From: Neoechinorhynchus agilis
Lineage: Eukaryota > Animalia > Acanthocephala
Assembly (NCBI GenBank): GCA_051530055.1
Contig: CM121341.1
Coordinates: forward strand, 17,338,784 to 17,402,783
Direction of reading: 5' to 3'
Length of the DNA stretch: 64,000 bases
Numbering within the stretch: the stretch's first letter is position 1; each line of letters begins with the position of its first letter. Positions 1 to 11,749 of the stretch are shown piece by piece. A program made the translations under genes and the position numbers. Under the pieces are notes generated by a model. The model ran no database searches and had not been told where the DNA came from. It was given only the letters and a program-made list of their open reading frames with translations.

Positions 1-75
1 ATATTTGAAGAAACTTTGCCCTCATTCTTTCGTATCAAGAGGATCTTAGGACGCGAAATGGACCTGAGGCCCAAC

Positions 76-350
76 GCAAGCATTCCTTCCCTCTTCGAGG
101 CGGTTGAGTTAAGCAGAGACAACGGAGGCCGTCTACTAGTATGAAACTTTAACCTCCCGAATACGTTTGCTGAGAGCACCTTGTCTCTGGCAGTTTCAGG
201 AACCCATGAAATTGTCAAAAGGGCGGCGATTCGTCGCTCCACATTTTCCAACCTCACGCGACTAAGATAATTGGTGCAGTCAGACTAATCACAGCGTTGA
301 CAAAGAATCAGCTGTGCGATTCCAAAATGATGCAATGGCGAATAAAAATA
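76..350 (-). repeat. Partial copy of the retroelement-like repeat at 61525-61836
   Basis: 76-299 is near-identical to 61525-61748; 305-350 resembles 61793-61836. Confidence 0.85.
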
Positions 351-761
351 TACGTTAGGGGAGTATTTGTTACAAAACAAATGTCGAACATAAAATTGGA
401 CGCGCAATATCCAATCAATAATAGGCATTTAGAATTTGCAAGTTCAATATGTAAGATTTTCGCAGAAACATACATTGGAATCGGACTTTCGACGATTTGC
501 AGTAAAATATGGTTTTTATACCTTTAAATAGTTCAATGCCTCGTTTATTTCGCACTTTTAGGATTCCTCCATTTGTAATCTGATATTTTCCAGCAATACT
601 CACAGACTTAAACATTGGAAACCCCTCATTTAATGAAGACATTCAAATACAATAAAAAAATTAAGGTCAATTCTTAACTTCAATCCTCGCCGCCAGAATG
701 TACAATCTCAGGCATTTAAACTCCCAAATATACATACACTTTTTCTTATTGAACTCGGTAC

Positions 762-1310
762 TCATGTAAATCTGGGCGCCTTCATTTCTAAAGCATGATT
801 TTTAAATGTCAGTAGCCTGTACGGTTCTCCATTATTCTCAAAATACATTTCCTTTATTTTCTCGAATCCGGCGGTATCTTGTACCGTGGCGTGCAAGTAA
901 TAAACTCCTTTCACGCCACAAACAAGACGCTCTATACTGGTAAGAAATTCTTCATGGATCTTATTTTGACTATTCAATACAAGAACACAAATAATATCGT
1001 CTTTGCTTATTCTTCTCATCAATCGAAACAAACTCGCTGCGCATTTTAGTGGAAGACTGCAATCTGAATGGATGAGTCGAAGTCACGAAAACGTCTAGAT
1101 TTTTCTTACCTTTTATTGCACTTGCGCCGTCTTCTAAGTATGGGAAAGCGAGGTTTTTGTAGTTTAAAAATGAAGCGAGTGGCGAGCTGCCATTCATTTC
1201 CTTCACAACTCCACCATTCTCATAGTGTGAATCTTCATTATCATTTCCATTTTGAGGAGAGACTGAATCGATGACCTCTGCTGACAAATCCAAAAGGTCG
1301 CTGATTAAAA
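762..1310 (-). CDS. Hypothetical protein, spliced, 5' end unresolved
   Basis: Canonical 46-nt intron 1064-1109 (GTAAGA...TTCAG) joins ORF 970-1293 in frame to ORF 762-1031 (...ASAIK/DCSLPLKCAASLFRLMRR...); no family recognised. Confidence 0.5.
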
Positions 1311-2404
1311 TACTGACTGAAACAAAGATATTTTTTAAATGTTATAGTGAAATGAAGGACGCGATATTGTAACGTGTTAGCTTTTAAACTTTGAAACAAA
1401 ATTAGAAAAATACTAATAATGACGTCCTAGTTCTGCCCATAGAGATCCTGCAAATTAATATTCGATTCAAGGATGAAAATGTTATTAACAACATAATAAT
1501 TAAATTTACTTACATTGGGTGACCGACTCATGTTCTGATGAAGAGATACAAATCTAAACCTTATTAGTATATCGTCCAGTTAAATAACAACAAACTAACC
1601 AATTTCTCTGAGAAGAATGATATTATAAGAATAAAATAAGGACAACGAAATGGTACCATTGAACTCTATTGCAAATTTTAAAACATAAATGTGACCAAAT
1701 ATCGTCGTTGCAATAGATGACGACAGCGAATTAAGGTTGTGGATTTCGATTTGATCATAGTTCATTTTTCATTCAGCGCGCATACAAGACCATCGTTCTT
1801 ATTTGCAAATGCAGATTTCAAACGTTACTAATTTGGTTGTTTAAAGTTAGTGAACCAGGGATAACAAAACAAATAAATGATTCTTTAATTCGTTAACAAG
1901 TGCATTTTTTCAATGAATTTTTTTTATTCTCTATGAAACGTTTCAACAATCACCACCGTCCGCGAAGAGACACCGCTCTCCCCTCGGTGGTCGCGACCTT
2001 ACTCTCTGCGTTTCCTCTTTGGATCGCGAGACCAATGTTTTGGCGCAGCAAGGCACCAGCTCTTGTATTCGCATACTATTTAAATTTTTGCTCACCAATT
2101 GACTCCAATCGTTTCTCTTCTGTGAAACGAATATATTTCTGGTGACCGAGATTCAAAAGCTTCGAATTAAATAATTTCTGCCTACACTAATGAGCCGAAT
2201 TTTCAATACTGATGGCCGGCGCTAAATATTACATTGTTGGAAAAATTCGTTGAATTCATTATCTTACTAAAATAGTGTTTTTCGCTTATAGAAAAATGAT
2301 GCTATGATTTAATAGGCTCTATATTTTCACCTAAAGATTAGCAAATCGACAACTGTATTATCGATCACATTTAAGTTCAAAACAACATTTTTATTAAGTT
2401 TTAA

Positions 2405-2533
2405 AGCGACCATCATTACACGACTGATTATTTTCCCATGGACACACAGACCACAGATCTGGTTCAGGGAAGCCACCATATCGGTGGGTTGTGTGCCCGA
2501 AGGAAAATAATCAGCCGTTTAACGATGGTCACT
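2405..2533. mobile_element. 129-bp MITE flanked by TTAA, Kolobok-like termini
   Basis: ttaa|AGCGACCATC...GATGGTCACT|ttaa; imperfect inverted repeats extend inward about 55 bp. Confidence 0.7.
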
Positions 2534-2614
2534 TTAAGACTTAGTTATAAAAACGTAACCGGCAAGCCAGGCATAAGGTAAAATAACATTTTTATGTATG
2601 GTATAATTTTTTAG

Positions 2615-2830
2615 TGGTAGTTTTGCAACCCCGCATTTAAGTTTAATTTATTTCCGATATTTCGCCGGATAATTCCGACATTTCCTTAAGATTTGTCGTT
2701 GTTTGCCAAGGAAAATGCAAGAAAGCCTTCTTCCTCAGCAAACAATGGCGAACCTCGATAATGTCGGAATTATCCGACGAAATATCGGAAATAAATTAGT
2801 AAACTTAAATCCGGGGTGGTGAAACTACCA
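2615..2830. repeat. Fold-back / MITE-like inverted repeat
   Basis: Arms 2615-2682 and 2760-2830 are reverse complements with few mismatches. Confidence 0.8.
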
Positions 2831-3130
2831 AAAGAAAATATATTTCCCCCGAAGACAATAACCCAAGACATAATTTTTTATGTTGTATTCTCACCACGCA
2901 TTTTTGATCGCCTGAGTGATATTTCACAGGGGATATATTGAGCTTTTGTTTATGGGGATTTAAAAATGAATTATTACCCAATTTAATATTCAAAAGTTTT
3001 AATGGACATTAAGAGTGGAACCACTTGTGATTTTTTATCCAAGGAAAAAACATTTTGTGTAATTGTAAACTTCAATTAATTTTTTTAGCTAAAGATTTTC
3101 TTTTTATTCCTTTTTTGAAATCTCTGAGCA

Positions 3131-3170
3131 GAAATCATTCACACCACCGCTCTGGATCACTCAGCTGCCG
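3131..3170 (-). mobile_element. 3' end fragment of the CRE-like element at 54701
   Basis: gaaatcattcacaccaccgctctggatcactcagctgccg matches 54701-54740 with 2 mismatches. Confidence 0.75.
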
Positions 3171-4390
3171 CATCGCGAAATATTTCCAATAAATCAAATA
3201 TGTTATGACCGGGATTACTTTCACCAAAAGTATACTTTGATTAACCCGAAGGATTTTCTGTCGATGATTCTGCCCCGACACATCGATTGAATAATTTTTA
3301 AACTGCACAAAGAAGAGGATCCATGTAGAATTTGCGTAAGTGATTCTTGATAATAAAATTCATTTGATCGATATGAGCACCAAAATGTCTACAACCGTAT
3401 ACTTTGACGCCTTTTTCCTCAATGCAATAAAATCGTGACTACTTAAAACATTTAGCGCTACTCTTTGCTGAAAGCATCGAATATAATCACATCATTTCTG
3501 GAGAAATTGTCACATTAGCACTTGACGTTTTTCTACGAGGCTACATACTGTTCTTTTAATGGATCGATTGAGTATCTCGAGTCACCACATTTATGTATAT
3601 TTTGATTCTATAGCATACATTCGCAGATATCTAAATTCATTTGACCGATATATTAAACGAATTTTGATTTGAAACTCACACCATCGCGATTATTATGACT
3701 GGTCGCACTTAAAAATATGTAAAAGAGCTTGTGCGATTTGCATATGCGATCCTTGCTAGGGTACTAGCTAAGTTTCACGGTTTAAGAATCTTTCCTGTTC
3801 ATAAATTATTCATGTGAGTTTTCGTTTCCGGTAACCCAAGTCTGAACGTACCGCATAGGATCAGTTATGCCCGACCGAAACAAAGCATTCTCAGTTTTAT
3901 GCAAGAAGCTGCTTTTCGTCGCAAACGTGAAATTTAAGCGTTTCTTTTGCAAAATAAGTTTAAATCCATCTTACGATGTTGAATAGGTTTGACAGGTTTC
4001 ATTGTCGTCTGCTCAAGCATAAGTGCTACTGCGCTATCGACAAAATTTAATGCTAGATTACAACCTTTTCGCAAACCATAGAATAATACTCTCAGGTCTC
4101 ATTGTGCGCTTATTGTAAGATAATTTTACGTATTACAAGGCATTCCGGACGTGCAAAGAAATTGATTTGTTAATAACACAACTAAAGTCCTTTAGTCTTT
4201 ACAGAATTGCCATCAAAATATTATGCTGAGCGTGATATGTTCTAACGACCTCATTACAATCAGTAAGTATATATCTGATCGGCCGGCTTCATTTTCCTCA
4301 AGTCTGAATCTGTCTCTGATTATCTACCTAATCAGTGCAAAGAATATTTTCGCCTGCATTCGATACTTTGCTGATTCGATTAATTCTTAA

Positions 4391-5443
4391 ATGGAACAAG
4401 CAAGTTCGCAAACTGCGTTCGCAAATCCGCCCATTCGAATAGGCGAGATTTTTAAGTGCAACAGTGGAGCCGCCGGAACATTGGTATTAATCGCGAACTG
4501 GTCTCGAACAATTCTATTTCCAGTTTGGGTCACAATCGGACTAATAGGAAATTTCTTGTTGTTCCAGACAATGCGCTCATCTCTTTACCACGACCTTTCG
4601 TTTTCCATTTACTTAAAAGCAATAGCTCTTTTGGACAGTCTTTTTTTGATCATTCTCATCCACAGATGGTTACACTATACGAAGATTTTAAATGCTGGTA
4701 TCAAGGACACTTGCCGATACATTGTTATATCCCTGATTGGCACCATGATCGTCTCAAACTACCTACTTTTGGCTGCAAATGTCGATCGACTCGTCGGCGT
4801 CACGGGAAACGGACAAAATCGATGGCTGTTGAAAAAGCGTAGTGCCTGGATAGTCTGTTCAGTAATTCTATTGCTCGTCGTTTCTATTATTCCGTTCGGT
4901 CGTCTCTTCGTGCCGTACCAACCTGGGCAATATAGATTGGGTGCTACGCCATGTGCTCTACCCAAGGACACCATTGCCTGGTTCAGATTCGCATTTCCTA
5001 TTTTCTATTACGGATTTTGTACCATTGTCCCGATGGCCGGAGTGACTATTTGTTCGATATCCCTTTATCGGAAAATTAAATCTAGCGGAAATTTATCGAG
5101 AAGCAACCATCAAGTCAAAGCCAGGCGATCAATCAGAAATCTGTTTCTGATTTCTTTGTACCATCTCGTCTCAACAACACCTTTCGCCGTATTGCAAATC
5201 ATTACGCCAATGGTCAACGAGCACGAAACTTCGTGTTTTCAGGGAGCGTTCGGTCTGTTTATTAACAGCGTATTGAGCCATTTTCTCGTGTCAAATCACT
5301 GTATCAAATTTTATTTAATGTTCCTACAATCAAAAAGGATTCGATCCAGAATCAAGAATGCACTTTCGTCGCGCGGAGTAATGTCTGAGCAAATGAGATA
5401 TGTTAGTCAAACGAAAACCGAGACACGAGAAACGAATATGTGA
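4391..5443 (+). CDS. Class A (rhodopsin-family) 7TM GPCR, peptide-receptor-like, intronless, 350 aa
   Basis: Seven hydrophobic segments; GN in TM1, LAxxD-like YLKAIALLD in TM2, DRL at end of TM3, P in TM6, NHCIKFYL in TM7. Confidence 0.9.
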   Translation: MEQASSQTAFANPPIRIGEIFKCNSGAAGTLVLIANWSRTILFPVWVTIGLIGNFLLFQTMRSSLYHDLSFSIYLKAIALLDSLFLIILIHRWLHYTKILNAGIKDTCRYIVISLIGTMIVSNYLLLAANVDRLVGVTGNGQNRWLLKKRSAWIVCSVILLLVVSIIPFGRLFVPYQPGQYRLGATPCALPKDTIAWFRFAFPIFYYGFCTIVPMAGVTICSISLYRKIKSSGNLSRSNHQVKARRSIRNLFLISLYHLVSTTPFAVLQIITPMVNEHETSCFQGAFGLFINSVLSHFLVSNHCIKFYLMFLQSKRIRSRIKNALSSRGVMSEQMRYVSQTKTETRETNM

Positions 5444-5869
5444 GTCTATTTAAAAGAACTCATTGCTGAGGATCTTGAAGAGTCTTAAAGGAGCATACTT
5501 ATGGTTAGCAGCTAGATGTATTTAAACCTTGAATTCGGCGGCAAAAAATCATTGTTACAAAAACTTCCATAAACCATTTTTTTGCTTATACAGTCAATTG
5601 TGAGGCCAAGGTTCGCCAAAAGAAATATAACACTCATTTGTGGATATACTTATCGCGTGGAACTTGCTTGTATTAAGTGGTTCTACACTATCGACATTCG
5701 TCGTATTTATTCATTTGAGTAGGTGTTTATTATCCTATGTCTGCTGATTTCTAATAAACAACCCACTACTGTTAAAAAGTATTTTTTGCCTAATTTTTAG
5801 ATGGATAAAAAAGCATTAAATTTTATTTCGAGATCTTCGCATGGCTCAATTCGATGATTAGCACTCTCC

Positions 5870-6230
5870 ACTCGGACAACATAAATGACCCTTCCTTGGC
5901 CATGTCCTCCCAAACTTCAGTCAGAAAATATTCATTAACTTCGACAATACCCAAGAAATTCATACGAATATCCAACCGTGACCCACCTGGGATAACTTCT
6001 ATTCTGGAACTCCTTCAAAATCAAACATCTAAGGCCAATCGCAATAAATCTTCAGACTTTCCCCATTTACAAAAAGGATTATGTCACAAAATACTTGTTG
6101 CCTGCAAAAAATTTCCTTTAATCCAAAATTCGTTCAGCTGGCAATTCAACATGGTGTGCCCCACCTCAGACTCCGCACAAGAAATTATCTTCGCTGCATC
6201 ACGCGTCATAGACTTTCTCAACCTCATTAT
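5870..6230 (+). mobile_element. L2/CR1-type LINE fragment (EN-RT linker)
   Basis: 5930-6050 aligns with 37625-37735 of the larger LINE copy. Confidence 0.65.
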
Positions 6231-7094
6231 AAAGCTTCGTGCTAAAAATGTCACAAAACATTAAATGATGAGTTGACAAAACCTTTTATAAATAATTCAC
6301 TTTCTTGTACAAATCTCAGATGTTGGATTGCAAACGATAACTCATTTTACTTGCTGCTGGAAAGATATACACGTTTTAAAAGATTACCTAGCTTTTGGAG
6401 CTCAATAAGAAAACCTTAATTGCATAACATCTATTGCATCGTCTCATAATCGTTATTTGTTTCATGATTTTCTCAATAATGATTTTGTTTGTTTTAAAAA
6501 TTGCATTATGCGATAAACTAAGTTCCCATTTGTTTGTCGAAGGTCCTAGAATTCGATAAATCACAAATTATAAAATACTCATTCGTTGATACTTACATTA
6601 TCGTTCATAATTAAATATTACCAAACTAACTTATTGTTCTTAAAATATTTCGATACCGTTTAAAGATAAGGTTCCACTAAGGCGAATTCGATCAATAAGA
6701 TTTAACACATTTTTCAGATGTAAAATGTTAACTAGTTTTATTGACCATAAATGTGTTTTTCTATCTGAGATTTGCAATCATGATCCTAAGAAATATGCAT
6801 TAAAAAAATCTTGGCAGAGTCTAAAGTGAAATTGGATACACGTAACACATTAAAATGAAGTGCTGTACAAGGAAAGTATTTTTGCATCGACTTTACGAGA
6901 TCAAAAAAAATTTCTAATTATGGTACTCTATTTTTTGTGAAGATTGGTCAGCCGGTAATTTATATCTATGTGTGGCCTATTATGACACGGCTGTTACTTT
7001 TTGGGCACACCGCCCAACGAACTAGTTCAGAGTAGTAATTCAATTACTCAAAGCACTGAACCATCCGGTACGAGTTTGTACATTCCTTTGGATC

Positions 7095-7158
7095 CTCAGA
7101 TACCTCCGGGATGCGGGACTCATCAGTGAGTTTCCTCCCTTCAGCGGTATTTCGTCCC
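7095..7158 (-). ncRNA. Hammerhead ribozyme in non-circularly permuted arrangement
   Basis: Minus strand: GGGAC-GAAA-TACC (15 nt) CTCA-CTGATGA-GTCCC (10 nt) GGTA-TC-TGAG; stems II GGGAC/GTCCC, III ATACC/GGTAT and I CTCA/TGAG are all perfect; full conserved core. Confidence 0.8.
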
Positions 7159-7184
7159 TTTGGTTGTGCGTCATTGGTGGTAAC

Positions 7185-7195
7185 GGATTCGAACC
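7185..7195 (-). promoter_or_regulatory. RNA Pol III B-box / tRNA T-loop motif GGTTCGAATCC
   Basis: Perfect B-box consensus 26 nt upstream of the hammerhead; no clear A-box or full cloverleaf. Confidence 0.55.
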
Positions 7196-7560
7196 ACTAG
7201 ACCCTTAATCGGGATCACGGGCATGTCATTAAATATAGGTTTTCCTTGCCATAGTTAACCTTGATTCGGTGAAAATTTTCAGCAGCATCAATCTTGCATA
7301 ATATTTGTCAGCATTTTTTCCTGGTGGGTGGGCCTATTGTTATAATGTTTGTTCAGAGTCGCACTCTGCTTTATTGCATACAAAAATTTAATCAAACATT
7401 CTCAATTTTTTTAGGATTGATGGCTATCCTTATGATAAATTTGATTTTATATACGTCTCCTAAATTTCCGAAATGTTAAAAATACAGAGTATTTTACGGT
7501 TTCTGAATGAACTGCGCTATACCGCACGTGGTCACCTTATTAAGAAGCTATCATATTTGT

Positions 7561-9030
7561 TCACGTGTAAGCGTTAAAAGCGCGTTCGTGTTCCTCGGAT
7601 GTGAAAATCCTTACAAAAGGTATCTTTACAACGCTTTCAAAGCCTTCATCGATTGTTGGTTCTAAATACCTTGATTTAAAGGTATTAAACGCCACCAATG
7701 GAACAACGGATCGATTAGTTCCATAAGGGTCACCAACTATAATCCTCACATGATTTAGATGTTCACATAACTCACGTGGTGTCGACATGACAAACGCTCG
7801 TATGGGTACTTTGCACTCTCGTGCTAAATCTACGAACACTTTTCTGGACGCTTTGTCGGGATTTGTGTTATCTATAACGACTGACTTTCCAGCTTTTAAA
7901 GATAGCTTTGCCGCCTAATGAACTTTTTATTAGAAAGTAGAAACGAAGGAAAAAGTCACCTTTAGACAAGATTTAGCCGTTGATCCACCAAGGATATCGC
8001 GCGAGATTATAGTATATTTGGTTAAAAATGTCTTTGCAAAACTGCTTTTTCCCGAAGCCGGTGAACCGCACATAAGAATTATTTCTTGATTTGGTAAATG
8101 GGATATCTTCAAAAAACGAAGTAAATGAAATCAGTAATGAAATTAATTATCTTACCAGTTTATGAACGTCGGACTCAGTTACACTTTTGTCGATATGGAC
8201 ACTAGGATGTTTGATGTCTGCCCAATCGAATGGAAAGGGTAGCTGGTTAAGAAAATATTCCTCTGGTGTGAAGAAACCTTAGAGACAATTATTTAGCGAT
8301 TTTAAAAGAACCGTCGGAAGCTTACCAATATCAATGTTCTTTGAAAATTTTCTATCAGAACAACTAAAATCTTTCTTCTTCCCAGGAGCCCAATTGGCTG
8401 GTCGACCAGCAGCATCACCAACGTAAAAGCTTAATGTTTTGTCTACCGGAAGTTTAATAAAGTCCACATATATTTCCCACATTCTCGTCAACGGTTTTCT
8501 ATGTGCCGTCCGTTTAAGAGAAAAAAATACCTTGTAAAATTAGCGAATAAATTCATGTCTAAAACCCAAAAATGCTTACTGGAAACTCAAAGCCCAGCAT
8601 GTGCATAATTCGCTCCATTTTAAATTTCAAATCAGATATCTTCACATCTGCAGAAACTTTAGTTCCTCCTTGATTGCTGAAAATCACTATCTGATGATCG
8701 GATTTGATAAAATTAAGTTTACGAGGAACTTCATCACTCCACCATTTCCAGTCACCACGATCTGTGAAGAAATTTAGAAAATGATACTAACTCGGATCCG
8801 ATTTTACCTTTTGGGAACTTCAGCCCGGATGCGGTATTAATGAGTGTACCGTCAAGGTCAAAGGCAGCCATTTTTGATAAACATAAATCACATTCCCGGG
8901 GTATGAAAAAGAGAACTTCCACATCTTCCGGTTTCGCACCAAGAGGAAGGCATTGCCACTGTGTTGTTATCTTCTTTGTGGGCGCTTCATTACTTGATTT
9001 TTCCTTAAGTCTTAATGAGCGTTTTGGCAT
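7561..9030 (-). CDS. PNKP: Bifunctional polynucleotide phosphatase/kinase, 6 exons
   Basis: DLDGTLI HAD motif, SNQGG, RKP..MW, YVGDAAGR, DFSCSDR, GSPASGKS P-loop, VVIDNTNP; frame-preserving GT-AG introns 8762-8807, 8531-8579, 8278-8325, 8107-8155, 7915-7959. Confidence 0.95.
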
Positions 9031-9908
9031 CTTCAATGAGATCTTGCATTCAACCTAATTTTTAAGAGAGAACTCAGAAGTGGCGAGTACGAAGTTTTAA
9101 ATCAACCAAAAGTATATTGTTAGCTTTTAGAGGCAATCGGAATGCTCACAGTTTTTGTAAAAATATTCATATGTGGCTTAGTCATGGCGCGTCAATCTTT
9201 CGTGCTTAAAGATGCTGAGAGTACCCATAAAATGGATAAAAATTTATTTGATTAAAATCGCAAACATTCCCATTAAATATCATAGAGGAGAATAACAGTG
9301 AGACTTACAAGTGTATTTTTGGAGTTATCTAAGCAAACTCACCACATAGCTCATTAAAGGGTAAGTGCTAAAGATGTTGAGAAGCAATCGTATGTTTTTA
9401 TATGGATGCAGAAAATCTGATTGAAAATAATGCATGGTTGATTTCGATAAACTTGTTTGGCAGTTAAAGCTAAAAATTCAACGATGATTTTTCAGATATT
9501 TTGATTTTTATACAAAATTTTGCGATTTTTGTGATATGAGGTTTGATGAGTCCAATCTTATTCCATCGGCTAATTTTTCCCAATATACAGTGTTTATGGC
9601 AAAGAAATGCGAAATTCGAAAGTACCATTTATTCATCATCTTAAGAATCAACATTTATATTCGTCGCTATTGAGGCACTGGCGTATTGCCATGGAAAATG
9701 GTACATTGATTTTACTCTAATTACGGAATAATTACTATTTTGCACAAGATAATTACTGCATAACGCAAATTAAATTTATCATAAAGACTTACAAAAAGCA
9801 GCTAAATATTCGTATCCTTGATCGATATAAGTATTGGAAATTGAGAGTTGCCAAAATTACTTGCTTTAAAACGCGTCTTTGTACTCCTTAGTTTTTCACT
9901 TCAATTTC

Positions 9909-10029
9909 TATTGCCGTCAACCTTGCGAATTTTCAAGGCCTCAGCCTCCTCAAACATTGTTTTGTGAGGAAAAAACAATGCTTGAGAAGGAGGCTGAGGC
10001 CTTGAAAATTCGCAAGGTTGACGGCAATA
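9909..10029. mobile_element. Penelope pLTR-derived fold-back with U3-A8 hammerhead (intact arm 9979-10014 +)
   Basis: Inverted arms about 55 bp; right arm TGC-TTGAGAA-G-GAGGC-TGAG-GCCTT-GAA-AATT-C-GCA; left arm has a 3-nt core deletion. Confidence 0.8.
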
Positions 10030-10622
10030 AAACTCGAGTGTGTTACGATTCGCCATTGAGAATACATATCCACTCGAAGGAACAACTGGAACAAACTGAT
10101 TATGAACCCGATGGGATTCGCATAACGTCTTGAATGAAAAATCATTTACAGTGTGAAGATCTAAATAACATTTCTAATGAAGTTGACAAATCCCGTTTTT
10201 TAAATTTATAAAAATTTGTGGGCAACAGTCATCAAATTGTTCGATTTTATAACGGATCCCTGACTTCCGAAGTACAAAAAAATCCCAACGTTACTCTACT
10301 TTTTTATCATTACACTTAAAAAAGAAACCATTTTCCAACAATCCATTAAATCGCTTATGCTTAAAATTAACGATTAATAATTCTTGATGTACTTTAATCG
10401 CTCCTTCGCTTAACAAAATATTTAACGAAAGAAAAAAACGCAGATTAAAAAGATTTTGTGTTTTTATCGTTACGAACTAAGATTTAATTCCAATACTTTA
10501 AAAGTGATATGCCCCTGCACCTTCGATTTTTGAATTTAATGCGCTAAATGATTAAAAAAGACGCATGAATGTTTATACACTCAAAAATTTGTTGTAAAGA
10601 TGTTCACCATTTACCTTTTTAA

Positions 10623-10773
10623 AGCGAATTACAATAATTGATTGATTTATTTGATAATTTTCGTCTTCAGTCTATTGCTTGTAAGTTTTTTTAATTTACA
10701 AGCAATGGGCTCAAGAAGGCCAACGCGAAGGCCGAAAATTATCAAATCAATCAATCAATTATTATAATTCGCT
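10623..10773. mobile_element. Penelope pLTR-derived fold-back (family 2) with degenerate hammerheads
   Basis: Inverted arms; right arm CTCAAGA-A-GGCC-aacgcgaa-GGCC-GAA-AATT-A; same family at 18480-18520 and 61924-62090. Confidence 0.75.
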
Positions 10774-10870
10774 ATCACAAATTAGTGTAGATTGTTTCAA
10801 AAATGTAAAATTTTTAAGTATATAATCTTTTTCCCCTTAAATTTTGATGGCCACACAAAAAGATTTAAGT

Positions 10871-11113
10871 TTAATAAGCTAACCCGCTCATTTGCCTTAA
10901 ATGATGAACAATGTACTTGAATTGCTTAAAGTCAACACCGCTGCCCACGCCACGACCTACAAGGCGGAACAGCTCGTATACCATTTGTGGATCAACTCTT
11001 TCGGCTATTCCTAACTTGCGCAATCCATTCATCAATTCATCCACCATTAAATATCCGTCACCATTTTTATCAAGATGGCGAAATAACACCTTAAGCATCA
11101 AAAGTTTTAACAT
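10871..11113 (-). CDS. 80-aa EF-hand calcium-binding protein (paralog 1)
   Basis: Canonical loop DKNGDGYLMVDE, degenerate second EF-hand; 55/80 identical to 31633-31875, same length. Confidence 0.85.
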   Translation of the reverse strand: MLKLLMLKVLFRHLDKNGDGYLMVDELMNGLRKLGIAERVDPQMVYELFRLVGRGVGSGVDFKQFKYIVHHLRQMSGLAY

Positions 11114-11615
11114 CTTATTGGATGTGTAACTTTTCGAAAGAATAAGATGACATGTGATAAAACTCGTTTTCGGCTTATGAATCACAATGTGAGCGCATGA
11201 TTAATCACTACATCGTGCCGTTCAACAAATCTAAAAAGCGCACATGTGAGTGTTGCGTCTGTGTAAATTTCTGATCGCATTTACGATTGATTGCCATCAG
11301 AAACACTACGAACGATTGTATTCCTAAGAGATATTGACCTAAAGTTCACATGGATACATTGTAGCCATTCCGGTTATCATTTCTAATGTATAACAAGGGA
11401 AAACGTTTACGACGAATCAATATCACGATGTGGACCTAACAGATTTCGTGTTCCCGCGACATTCGCAAATGAGCAATTACGCATAATTTCCATGGTTTTA
11501 TTGATTACGTCGACATGAAAGGCAACGGAATACAATGTGAATGATCGATTTACGCGTCGATTTGCATCGCTTTTCATTAAAACTTTGTTAAATGTTAAAA
11601 CCTGTTTGTGCGGAC

Positions 11616-11749
11616 TGTTGTAGAACCGAAAACGTGGTTTTATTTGCTAACGGAACCGCGAAAACGTTTCATGGTACAACGAACGATAACGGTTAGTAAT
11701 CGATAATATAATTACATTTATGATGTAGTCGAAACTAATCGATATCACA
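11616..11749 (-). mobile_element. Solo LTR (134 bp) of the adjacent Gypsy element
   Basis: TG...CA ends, 5-bp TSD CGGAC at 11611-11615 and 11750-11754. Confidence 0.95.

Noticed and set aside
1530-1560. Hammerhead at CTGATGA-AGAGAT-ACAA-ATCT
   Set aside because: No GAAA after stem II and no stems I or III
7185-7260. Functional tRNA gene
   Set aside because: Only the T-arm/B-box and an ACCA-like end are present; no convincing D-arm, anticodon arm or correct spacing
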